A stretch of 64,000 bases of DNA, taken from positions 13,020,001-13,084,000 of the forward strand of contig NC_043020.1 of NCBI RefSeq assembly GCF_006345805.1, read 5' to 3'. Shown in pieces: positions 52,209-63,548 of the stretch. The position numbers were made by a program, and so were the translations under genes. Every line of letters starts with the position of its first letter. Position 1 is the stretch's first letter. The stretch is from Octopus sinensis. Its lineage: Eukaryota. The notes below the pieces were generated by a model. The model ran no database searches. It was given only the letters and a program-made list of their open reading frames with translations, and had not been told where the DNA came from.

Positions 52209-52380
52209 TCGTAGCCGCGGACATTGAGCCCAATGGCGCCCAGAGCCCTGCCCCTGACACTCCATGGACCCTAAGCAAGGCGTGTGTAAAATTTGAATGA
52301 AATTGGTTGTGTAGTTCTCAAGATTTAGGGATTCAAACAGACAGACAGATACACATTCTTAGTTTCATATATATCGATAT
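52209..52380 (+). mobile_element. Partial satellite monomer (38 bp) fused to a HINE-like 3' module
   Basis: tcgtagccgcggacattgagcccaatggcgcccagagc followed by a diverged copy of 48745-48865; ends atatatcgat. Confidence 0.7.
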
Positions 52381-52450
52381 ACTAGCATTATGACCCTGTC
52401 GATGCCGGGTCATAGTGCTAGTGCATGTATATATTTGTACATATTAAACG

Positions 52451-52482
<32 letters not shown>

Positions 52483-53039
52483 TTTTCACATAAAATACAA
52501 AATACAATGTTATATCTTGATATCGCTAGTGATAACAATACTCAAAATTTATAACAGACTGGAGTTATAGGCCCTTCTCTTGCAATTTTGACCAATATAT
52601 ATATATACAAAGTATATATATGTATATAAATATATACGAATTATATATATATGTATATAGATATATACGAATTATATATATATGTATATAGATATATACG
52701 AATTATATATATATGTATATAGATATATACGAATTATATATATGTATATAAATATATACGAATTATATATATGTATATAGATATATACGAATTATATATA
52801 TGTATATAGATATATACGAATTATATATATGTATATAGATATATGCGAATTATATATATGTATATAGATATATACGAATGATATATATGTATATAAATAT
52901 ATACAAAGGATATATATGTATATAAATATATACAAAGGATATATATATGTATATAAATATATACAAAGGATATATATATGTATATAAATATATACAAATG
53001 ATATATATATCCTTAAAAATGTTTTAGACCGAAGGCCGC

Positions 53040-53490
53040 GGCCATGCTGGGGCACCACCGCTGATGAGCTACACTAATTTGTGAATCCACCTCTGATACG
53101 TGGCACTTGATCAACAAGGGAGTTCGATGCTGCTGCCCGCATCCGCGTCTCCTGTCGTGAGGTAGTTCATCTGGGAGTCCCAACAAGAAGAGATCCAGTT
53201 TAGTTTTAAAGAAACCCACATCCACACCATGTAAGTCCTCTCAGGCATTTATGGAGGATGTTAAAGAGCTGTGGTCCTCTGAAACCAAAGCTGTTGCAGT
53301 ATCTGGACCTGTATTTTGATGGTGATGTTGGAATCCTTGGCACCATGAAGTGGCGCCCCGTCCTGCGGTGGGAGAACTTTGAATGCCAAAGTTTGGGACA
53401 AACCGTCCAGGATTTTCCAGATGTATATCACCGCATATCTCTCCCTCCTCCGCCTCCGCTCAAGGGAAAAAAGTTTAATACCTTCAGTCT
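53040..53490 (-). mobile_element. CR1-group LINE 3' fragment
   Basis: FFKTKLDLFLLGLPDEL and RYCNSFGFRGPQLFNI-type motifs. Confidence 0.75.
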
Positions 53491-54269
53491 TTCCCAGTCT
53501 TTATATGTATATAAATATATACAAATGATATATATATATATGTATATAAATACATACAAAGGATATATGTATATAAATATATACAAATGAATATATATAT
53601 GTATATAATACATACAAATGATATATATATGTATATAAATACATACAAATGATATATATATGTATATAAATACATACAAATGATATATATATGTATATAA
53701 ATATATACAAATGATATATATATGTATATAAATATATACAAATGATATATATATGTATATAAATATATACATATATTACTTACATATTACTTAAGAAACA
53801 GGAAGAGAGAGTGAGAGAAAGTTGGGGCGAAAGAGTACAACAGAGGTCGCCACTAACCCCTGCAAATTAGATATATATATATATATATACAAATTATATA
53901 TATATATAAATATATGTATAATAATTATATATATGTATATACATATATACAAATTATATATATATATGTATACTAATTATATATATGTATATAAATGTTT
54001 ACAAGTTATAAATATATATGTATATAAATGTATGCAAGTTATATATATATATGTATATAAATATATGCAAATTATATATGTATATAAATGTATGCAAATT
54101 ATATATATATATATATGTATATAAATGTATGCAAATTATATATATATGTATATAAATGTATGCAAATTATATATATATATGTATATGTATGTATGCAAAA
54201 TATATATATATATGTATATGTAAGTATGCAAATTATATGATTGATTGATTGTTTGATTGATTTTAGTTT

Positions 54270-54745
54270 CAGCTCATGAGCTGTGGCCATGCTGGTGCAC
54301 CGCCATTTGGTGTTGCTACATGGTTTTACTTCACGAAAGCTTTTTAGCGACTGCCATTTGGTGCATGAGAGAGTTCGATGCAGCTGCCCTCATCTGCACC
54401 TGCTGCCGTGAAGTTGGTTCATCTGGGACACCTGACAGGAGGAGATCCAGTTTCATTTTAAAGACATCTGCATCCACCCCATGCAGGTCTCTTAGGTTCT
54501 TCGAGAGGATATTGAAGAGCTGTGGGCCTCGGAAGCCCAGGCTATCACAGTATCTTGTCCTACATCTTGGTGGCAAATTTGGAGTCCTAGGCACCACGCA
54601 GTGGCGCCCAGTTCTGGCATTTGTGTAACTCTCGATGCCAAAGTTCAGGACACGTACTTCCAGGATCTTCCAGATGTATATTATGGCATATCTTTCCGCC
54701 TACGCTCCAAGGAATATAGTTTTAATCTCTTGAGTCTTTCCCAGT
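54270..54745 (-). mobile_element. CR1-group LINE 3' fragment
   Basis: YWERLKRLKLYSLERRR and RTRYCDSLGFRGPQLFNIL...VPDEPT. Confidence 0.85.
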
Positions 54746-55860
54746 AGCTTACATTCTGCAATCGTAAGATTGTGGTTTCGATTCCTGGACCGGGCGACGC
54801 GTTGTGTTCTTGAGCAAAACACTTCATTTCACGTTGCTCCAGTCCACTCAGCTGGCAAAAAGGAGTAACGCTGCGATGGACTGGCGTCACGTCCAGCTGG
54901 GGAACACATACGCCATAGAAACCAGGAAACCGGACCCTTGAGCCTGGTCAGGCTTTAAAAGGGCACATTTAGTTATTTATTTATTTATTTATTTATATTC
55001 CGGTGGAGTGGCTGTGTGGTAAGTAGCTTGCTAACCAGCCACATGGTTCCGGGTTCAGTCCCACTGCGTGGCATCTTGGGCAAGTGTCTTCTACTATAGC
55101 CTCGGGCCGACCAATGTCTTGTGAGTGGATTTGGTAGACGGAAACTGAAAGAAGCCTGTCGTATATATGTATATATACAGATGTGTATGTTTGAGTTTCT
55201 GTGTTTGTCCCCCTAGCATTGCTTGACAACCGATGCTGGTGTGTTTACGTCCCCGTCACTTAGCGGTTCGGCAAAAAGAGACCGATAGAATAAGTACTGG
55301 GCTTACAAAGAATAAGTCCCGGGGTCGATTTGCTCGACTAAAGGCGGTGCTCCAGCATGGCCGCAGTCAAATGACTGAAACAAGTAAAATAAAAAAAAAT
55401 AAAAAATTCCCCTCTCAGATTCACACACTTATTGCAGCGGTCCTTCAGTTTTTCTAAGCCCTGTAAAAGAACTTGAAATGTTGGGCCTCCTACCAAGCCT
55501 TTCGTGACACCCTTAAAACCAGGAAATTTACAGCGTCACGTCGTATGATTTAGAGCATCGTTTATTTGTTACATTAATACAGGAGTTTATGCAATACAAA
55601 TAGAGAAATATTCAGAGGAAACAACGTCTATGGCACATGCAGAAAGTCTTTGTTAGGAATTTAACACTTGGAGTAATTTTTATACATATTTACAGTGCCG
55701 TGGTTCGTCTTCTTCTTCATCGATCGTTCTAGGTTGAAAATGCAGCTGTGAAAACAGCTGTGAGGAGAGTGAATGCCAATGGGGTATCGAATCACTTTGA
55801 AGGTGGCGAGAAGGGAGAAGATCATGGCGGCTCTGACATCTGCGACACTCTGCCAAATTG

Positions 55861-56353
55861 GCAGCTACCATCTGACAACCACTAAATTAAAGGTATGATA
55901 TGAAGGACTTATTACTGCTGTGTTTTGCAGTCGAACGACCAGGGAAGTGGCGGCAATTTTCACTGGAATTATAGGCTGTGACGATCAAGTGAATAACAGC
56001 CGTTCATTGGATAGCAACTTGGTTTGCACACGTGATCGAAATGTGATTTCTACGTGGCAAAACTTGGGATTGGATCCAATTGCTGCAACAGACTAGTCAC
56101 GATTTGAAAGCATTTTGTTGTAGATCTCTTGGATCGGAACTGACTTAAAGTTGCGCACCAACATTTTAAACGCAAAGATGAACCAACATGAATTTGTTAG
56201 CAATCGATCGATGTGTTAAAACTGGCAATCAAATCTCGTTCCAATCATTATGCCAATGAGGGTATCATTCCCTGGTCGTTCGACTGCTAAACACAGCAGC
56301 AATAAGTCCTTCATATCATACCTTTAATTTAGTGGTTGTCAGATGGTGGCTGC
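55861..56353. mobile_element. MITE-like element with 86-bp inverted repeats (3 mismatches)
   Basis: 55861-55946 versus 56268-56353; no TSD seen. Confidence 0.75.
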
Positions 56354-56593
56354 GTCACAAGAAGTGCCTAGGTGTGTCATGGATTTTTAAAAATATATTT
56401 TAACGTTTTAAAAATGATCTATATTTAATGGCTGAAATAAATGTTGCTCCTAATTTGGTTTCATAAAAATTTAATTAACAGTAGTCAATTAACAGAGCAC
56501 GTAGTGCAGTAATTTATATAATTAATAGTAGAATAAGTGCAGCCAGCTGTCACGAGTGAGAGAGTATATTTTAGTAAGACCATGCTTTTACTA

Positions 56594-57157
56594 TTGGGTT
56601 GTCCGGAAAGTTCTTGCCGATTTATAGCAGCTTACTTTTCGACTTATTTTAGAACATGGTTGTCCATAAAATAGGATTTTACTACGCCTCCATTTAGAGA
56701 ACAGTTTAAGCTATCTTTTTGTGGAAGAAGGTTTATGTTCCTATAACCTGTATTAATTCTGTAACCCTTTAAAATAGAAGATAAGAAAGTTCATTTTCGG
56801 CACTTGATGCTTTGGGAACCAAACAAAAATTGCTGCAGCTCGGCTGGGATGTGTTACCCCACCCTACATATTCACCAGATATTGCTCCTTCGGATTTCTA
56901 CTTATTCAGGTCTCTGCAAAATAGTCTTAATGGTAAAAATTTCAATTCCTTGGATGACGTAAAAAGCTACCTTGATGAATTCTTTGCCATGAAACCACCT
57001 CAATTCTGGGAAGAGGGTATTTTCAAGTTAAAGGAAAGATGGAGACGCATTGTGCAACAAAATGGTTCATATTTGGTTGATTAAAAATGTAATGGCAAGT
57101 ATTTATTGAACTTTTTCTTTCCTTTAAAAATCGGCACGAACTTTCCGGACAATCCAA
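56594..57157 (+). mobile_element. Internally deleted mariner element (564 bp), same family as 40219-40784 but opposite orientation
   Basis: TA-flanked TIRs. Encodes PHPTYSPDIAPSDFYLFRSLQNSL...GIFKLKERW. Confidence 0.92.
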
Positions 57158-57426
57158 TAGTTGTTTTAGGTGCAAAAAAAAAAAAACTTGTACTCCGTCG
57201 GTTACGACGATGAATGGTCCAGTTCGTGCAAGTGGCTGAGCACTCCATAGATACACATAGCCTTAGAGTAGTTCTCAGGGAAATTCAGCATGGCACATAA
57301 TGTGACTGTGCCGGCCTTTTTTATTTTTTTAATGATTGCGACTGGGACCCCCCACCCAAATTTCGGGCCTTGTGCCTAGAATAGAAAAGAATATTTAAGA
57401 CCAAAGAGAGTGGTTTGAGCTGACAT

Positions 57427-57726
57427 TTGACAGTTAATACTGGCAAGTTGTTAGGAATTCCTTCAGGCTGGGGTGGTAACTTGCGGGGGAATGTTTCCCT
57501 AAACAAAAAGGAAGGAGACTCACCGGTAGGAACTAATGCCAACATCTTGTCCATCAACTCCGAAGGCTCGGGATCGCCTAATTCTTCCTCCAGTATCTTG
57601 GCTGCTGCTTCGAGGTCGCTCATCCGGAATGTACCCATCACTCTGTCTTTTAACGTGATGTATCTGTGCTTTGCTGGGAGTTGGGTTAAAATGTCCAGCA
57701 CCCTCGTTTCTGTGTCCTCATCTAGT
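57427..57726 (-). mobile_element. Gypsy-type gag fragment
   Basis: LDEDTETRVLDIL...YITLKDR...LGDPEPSELMDKMLAL...FLFRE matches the pattern of invertebrate Gypsy gag (DUF7041-like, recalled). Confidence 0.7.
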
Positions 57727-58359
57727 GGTAACTTTTCGGTTTGAACGGCAGTTTTTTCTTGCGGTGTCATATGAAATTGTCACCCATAATTATGACCCTA
57801 GTATCGATCTATTGCATTTCAATCTGTTTTAGGGCTAGGGTTAGAGTTAGGGTTAGTTAGGATTAGGGTTAGGAGTGGGGGAAGGGTATCTTTTTTTCTT
57901 CAGAAATGTAAATAAACCCAATCTGTTTCTTAAACGAAGGACATATTCATACGGCACAGAATGTTTTTTACATCAATAGACGTCATTGATTGGTTGAAAT
58001 TGCAGAAATTGAAGGAAAAAAACAACAACAAATATCTTACGAACTATAGAATTTTCTCAATAAAGCCAAGAGAAAAAAAATGTTTTATAAACACATTCTA
58101 CCAGTATACGAAGTTTAAAAGTGTTTAGTTACGTGGAAATTATTTTTAAAAAACTGCCGTTCAAACCGAAAACAGATTGGGTTTATTTACATTTGTGAAG
58201 AAAAAAAGATACTCTTACCCCCAGCCCTAACCCTAACCCTAACTAACTCTAAACCTAAAATAGATTGAAATGCAATAGATCGATACTAGGGTCATAATTA
58301 TGGGTGACAATTTCATATGACACCGCTAGAAAAAACTGCCGTTCAAACCGAAAAGATCC
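57727..58359. mobile_element. Composite/fold-back copy of the TTAGGG-containing MITE
   Basis: One full copy (about 57727-58172) plus an inverted extra terminal arm (about 58170-58359). Confidence 0.8.
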
Positions 58360-58367
58360 CCAGAATA

Positions 58368-58546
58368 TGTTGGTAAAAGGTTTATTTAGTTAAACACATG
58401 AGGACGACAGCCCCTAGTCAACCCCTGCTTCGTAGAAGCCCGCTTAACCGAAAGTCAGCATCGCCGCAGACAAACTCCCTAGCTAACCCGCAGCGAAGTT
58501 CGTGTCTATAATTTGTCTGTCATAAATCCCTGGGCAGTACCTTACA
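58368..58546 (-). mobile_element. 179-bp LTR (TGT...ACA) upstream of the gag fragment
   Basis: TGTAAGG start, AATAAA near the end, ACCAACA end, followed by tattcTGGGG (PBS-like). Confidence 0.65.
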
Positions 58547-58651
58547 TGTGTGAATGTGTGGTGTGTGTGTGTGCCTGTGTGTGCGTGTGTGTGTGTGCGT
58601 GTGTGTGTGCGTGCGTGTGTGTGTGTGTGCGTGCGTGTGTGCGTGTGTGCA

Positions 58652-58684
<33 letters not shown>

Positions 58685-58802
58685 CCATGTGTGTGCGTGT
58701 GCATGTGCGTGTGTGTGTGTGCGTGCATGTGTGTGTGCGTGTGTGTGTGTGCGTGTGTGTGCGTGTGTGTGTGTGTGTGTGTGCGTGCGTGCATGTGTGC
58801 GC

Positions 58803-58842
<40 letters not shown>

Positions 58843-58859
58843 ATGTGTGTGCGTGTACA

Positions 58860-58897
<38 letters not shown>

Positions 58898-58921
58898 TGT
58901 ACGTGTGCATGTGTGTGTGTG
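58547..58921. repeat. (GT)n/(GC) alternating purine-pyrimidine microsatellite
   Basis: Direct inspection. Confidence 0.95.
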
Positions 58922-59126
58922 CAATATGTATATCAAACCAGATTTGCAGAGATGCAGATAATGTGCTTAATTTCCTGGAAAAATCTAGATTTCTGATCAA
59001 GTGATTCGAAAATATGTCGGCAATCAAACGTAGTTGCACGAATTGTCGATTAAATGCCATATCTGATTGACATTTAATCTGCCACTCATTGTGACTGATC
59101 AGTAATGATAGACAATCATAACTAAC

Positions 59127-59189
59127 GAGCGACAGCACCAACAAAGCAATAAACAAGTCTTCGCTTTGAAAACATAGTTTATATTTCAT
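59127..59189 (-). CDS. Candidate first coding exon with signal-peptide-like N-terminus (MKYKLCFQSEDLFIALLVLSL...)
   Basis: ATG lies 8 nt after a ctctaac...tttttcccggcag acceptor. Basic then hydrophobic peptide. Possible donor CTC|GTTAGT. Link to the ROS1-like exons is not proven. Confidence 0.3.
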
Positions 59190-59267
59190 ACCCGGAACTG
59201 CCGGGAAAAACAGTTAGAGTTTATTGATAATTTCTAAGTTGTAGTAGTAGTAGTAGTAATAATAATA

Positions 59268-59289
<22 letters not shown>

Positions 59290-59309
<20 letters not shown>

Positions 59310-59487
59310 TAATGATGATGATAATAATGATAATGATGATGATGATAATGATGATGATGATGACGACGACGACGATGGTGGTGGTGGTGGTGGTGGTGGT
59401 GGTGGTGGTGATGATGATGACGGTGATGATGATGACGACGATGACGACGATGACGATGATAATGACGATGATGATGATGACGACGAT

Positions 59488-59525
<38 letters not shown>

Positions 59526-59637
59526 TGATGATGATGAAGATGATGATGATGATGACGACGATGACGATGATGATGATGATGACGACGACGATGACGATGA
59601 CGACGATGTCGACGATGATGATGATGATGACGACGAT

Positions 59638-59668
<31 letters not shown>

Positions 59669-60547
59669 ATGTCGACGATGACGATGATGATGATAATGAT
59701 GATGACGACGACGACGACGACGATGACGATGACGATGATGATGATGATGATGATAATGATAATGATAATGATAATGACGATGATGATGATGATTGACGAT
59801 GATGATAGTTATAATAATAAAAATAATGATAATATGTCAATAGATTGTAGTTAGTAGCGGCAAGCAAATAATTATCATTAAACGCCATTTGTTTTATCGG
59901 AAATATTTCAGCAATTACAACGATTCTGAGCACGACGTTTAATCTCCTGGTGGACAAACGTTGAGAAAATTACAAACGACCAGAATGATGTAACGTCTGG
60001 TATTTAACGAATAATAAGAATGAATTAACGAATAGAACGATTAATCTCTTTGTTTGGTGACAACCTGTTAAATAAGAAGACTATTTCTCAACAACGCTTG
60101 TTGATTTATTATTGGTAGTTGATAACTGAGACAAGATACAGAGAGGTTCTAATGGATTTCTCTTCGTCGTTTTGAGCGGGAAAATGATTGTAATGTTTGA
60201 CCCCCAACCTGCCTTAAGATCGCTCTTAGTTCTGTGATACAAATTTCCTATTTTAAAGCGATTTAAATTTAAACCTTCCAGCAAAATTTCGTGTTATTTT
60301 ATGCACCTGTAGCGCACACTCGAGTGAAATTCCTCCCTCTCTTTATAATAATAATAATAATAATAGTAATAATAATAATGATGATGATAATAATGATAAT
60401 GATGATGATGATAATGATGATGATGATGACGACGACGACGATGGTGGTGGTGGTGGTGGTGGTGGTGGTGATGATGATGACGGTGATGATGATGACGACG
60501 ATGACGACGATGACGATGATGATGACGATGATGATGATGACGACGAT

Positions 60548-60585
<38 letters not shown>

Positions 60586-60772
60586 TGATGATGATGAAGA
60601 TGATGATGATGATGATGACGACGATGACGATGATGATGATGATGACGACGACGATGACGATGACGACGATGTCGACGATGATGATGATGATGACGACGAT
60701 GACGATGACGACGATGACGACGATGTCGACGATGACGATGATGATGATAATGATGATGACGACGACGACGAC

Positions 60773-60804
<32 letters not shown>

Positions 60805-61440
60805 TGATGATGATAATGATAATGATAATGACGATGATGATGACGATGATGATGATGATTGACGATGATGATAGTTATAATAATAAAAATAATGATAATA
60901 TGTCAATAGATTGTAGTTAGTAGCGGCAAGCAAATAATTATCATTAAACGCCATTTGTTTTATCGGAAATATTTCAGCAATTACAACGATTCTGAGCACG
61001 ACGTTTAATCTCCTGGTGGACAAACGTTGAGAAAATTACAAACGACCAGAATGATGTAACGTCTGGTATTTAACGAATAATAAGAATGAATTAACGAATA
61101 GAACGATTAATCTCTTTGTTTGGTGACAACCTGTTAAATAAGAAGACTATTTCTCAACAACGCTTGTTGATTTATTATTGGTAGTTGATAACTGAGACAA
61201 GATACAGAGAGGTTCTAATGGATTTCTCTTCGTCGTTTTGAGCGGGAAAATGATTGTAATGTTTGACCCCCAACCTGCCTTAAGATCGCTCTTAGTTCTG
61301 TGATACAAATTTCCTATTTTAAAGCGATTTAAATTTAAACCTTCCAGCAAAATTTCGTGTTATTTTATGCACCTGTAGCGCACACTCGAGTGAAATTCCT
61401 CCCTCTCTTTATAATAATAATAATAATAATAATAATGATG
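59290..61440. repeat. 1066-bp tandem duplication containing compound (GAT/GAC/GGT)n tracts and an apparently identical 550-bp unique core
   Basis: Identical ORFs at 60081-60284 and 61147-61350. Confidence 0.92.
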
Positions 61441-61525
61441 ATGATGATGATGACGACGACGACGACGACGACGACGATGATGATGATGGTGGTGGTGGTG
61501 ATGATGGTGATGATGACCCAGAATA

Positions 61526-61733
61526 TGTTGGTGAATGGTTTATTCGAACGTAGCAGGTAACAGCTCGCCTTTGGCCGCTCTTTGAACCCGTTGTGTCCAC
61601 ATCTCTGATTGGTTGATATTGGCACAATTTGTCTCTTACTCTGTCACGCCAATTTGTCGCGTATAACCAACCGGAGCCTCTAAATAAAATCACGTGAAAC
61701 AGCCTGTTCTCAACCCAGTTTTATTAGCCTACA
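61526..61733 (-). mobile_element. Second short LTR-like element (208 bp, TGT...ACA)
   Basis: Ends aataaaccattcaccaaca-tattctggg, matching the 3' end of the 58368 LTR. Confidence 0.55.
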
Positions 61734-62219
61734 GCTCCTTATAAAAACTCACCTTCTCTTTCTTTCGAGGTCTTTCGATTGTAGACCTTTTTACATCTAA
61801 CCACTGACCACACAATGACACAGCCAGTTCCAGCGACAACGCCAGACGACAGCAGCCACGTTGAGATTTCCCAACTTCATCCAATAGCATTACGGCAACC
61901 TCCATCTTCGTCGCCACCATCATGTCCTTAACGTCGTCAACATCATCTCTCTATGTACACGGCACAGCAAGCAACTCACCCAAGTTGCAACGCTTCACTG
62001 TTTGTGAATTACTTCAACATGGATCAACAATGAATATACAACCTGTAAGAACTCTTGTATCAAGTGATCCAGGCAGCCGTATCACAGCCACGACTTCACG
62101 TACGATGTGTACCAGTGACCGGCTCAGCATCATGACTGCAACTTCTTGATACAGTATTTCAACTACCGTGGACAATCGACTACGAACTGATATTCTCTTT
62201 CTTGTGTATATGAACTTAC

Positions 62220-62683
62220 GGATCTTTTCGGTTTGACCGGCAGTTTTAAAAAATATTTTCCACGTAACTAAACACTTTTAAACTTCCAATACTGGTAGAA
62301 TGTGTTTATAAAACATCTTTTTCTCTTGGCTTTATTGAGAAAATTCTATAGTTTGTAAGATATTTGTTGCTTTTTTCTTCAATTTCTGCAATTTCAACCA
62401 ATCAATGACGTCTATTGAGGTAAAAAAAAACATTCTGTACCGTATGAATATGTCCCCCGTTTAAGAAACAGATTGGGTTTATTTACATTTGTGAATAAAA
62501 AAGATACCCTTCCCCCCATCCCTTACCCTAACCCTAACGCCAAACTAACCCTAACTAATCCTAACTCTAACCCTAACCCTAAAACAGATTGAAATACAAT
62601 AGATCGATACTAGGGTCATAATTATGGGTGACATCTTCATATGACACCGCTAGAAAAAACTGCCGGTCAAACCGAAAAGATCC
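62220..62683. mobile_element. 464-bp MITE with GGATC TIRs, 8-bp TSD and internal telomere-like (CCCTAA)n
   Basis: TIR ggatcttttcggtttgaccggcagtttt. TSD gaacttac at 62212-62219 and 62684-62691. Confidence 0.9.
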
Positions 62684-63250
62684 GAACTTACTACTCACTT
62701 CGATGGCTCTAGACTCTTTCACTATCTCCTTCATTGCCATTCTTATATGTTCTTAACACGCGCATACATCTATGCTCACACGCACACATACATTTGTTCT
62801 CATGACGGCCTGTCTATTATTCTGTACATTTGACAGACACTCAGATACACATGTTATTATATCAATAAATATTCTCTTAATCATTCAACGACGTTGTGTC
62901 TCCATTTTCTTTCTGGCACTTATATGTACCATTCAAATTTATATTTATTGTAACGACTGTGTGGTGTACTAAAGAGCTATTCTCGTCACCTCGCATCGCA
63001 CGGTCCTCACACACCAAACACCTACTTAATGATATCGAAATTCTTTCAGAAAATTCTTTATTATTTTCAAAATAATCTTAAACAAATATAGTGTACATTG
63101 ACTTCACCTTGCGGCCGTTAAACACGAAGAGACTGCATAAAATTTTATTAGCTGTCTTTGTATTGTCCCTCCCCCATCCTTCGCTCTTGTGACAAATAAA
63201 TTAAATGATGATCATCATCATCATCATCATCATCATCATTATTATTATTA

Positions 63251-63283
<33 letters not shown>

Positions 63284-63548
63284 TATTATTATTATTATTA
63301 TCATAGGCGTAGGAGTGGCTGTGTGGTAAGTAGCTTGCTTACGAACCACATGGTTCCGGGTTCAGTCCCACTGCGTGGCACCTTGGGCAAGTGTTTTCTA
63401 CTATAGCCTCGGGCCGACCAAAACCTTGTGAGTGGATTTGGTAGACGGAAACTGAGAGAAACTGAAAGAAGCCCGTGTGTGTTTGAGTGTTTGTGCTGGT
63501 CCCCCCAACATCGCTTGGCAACCGATGCTGGTGTGTTTACGTCCTCGT

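Noticed and set aside
59214-61023. Poly-Ser/Asp/Met ORFs as acidic biomineral-type proteins
   Set aside because: Compound trinucleotide microsatellites open in several frames, with no exon boundaries.
62510-62585. True telomere or chromosome fusion scar
   Set aside because: The degenerate CCCTAA units are internal to a TIR/TSD-bounded MITE present more than once.
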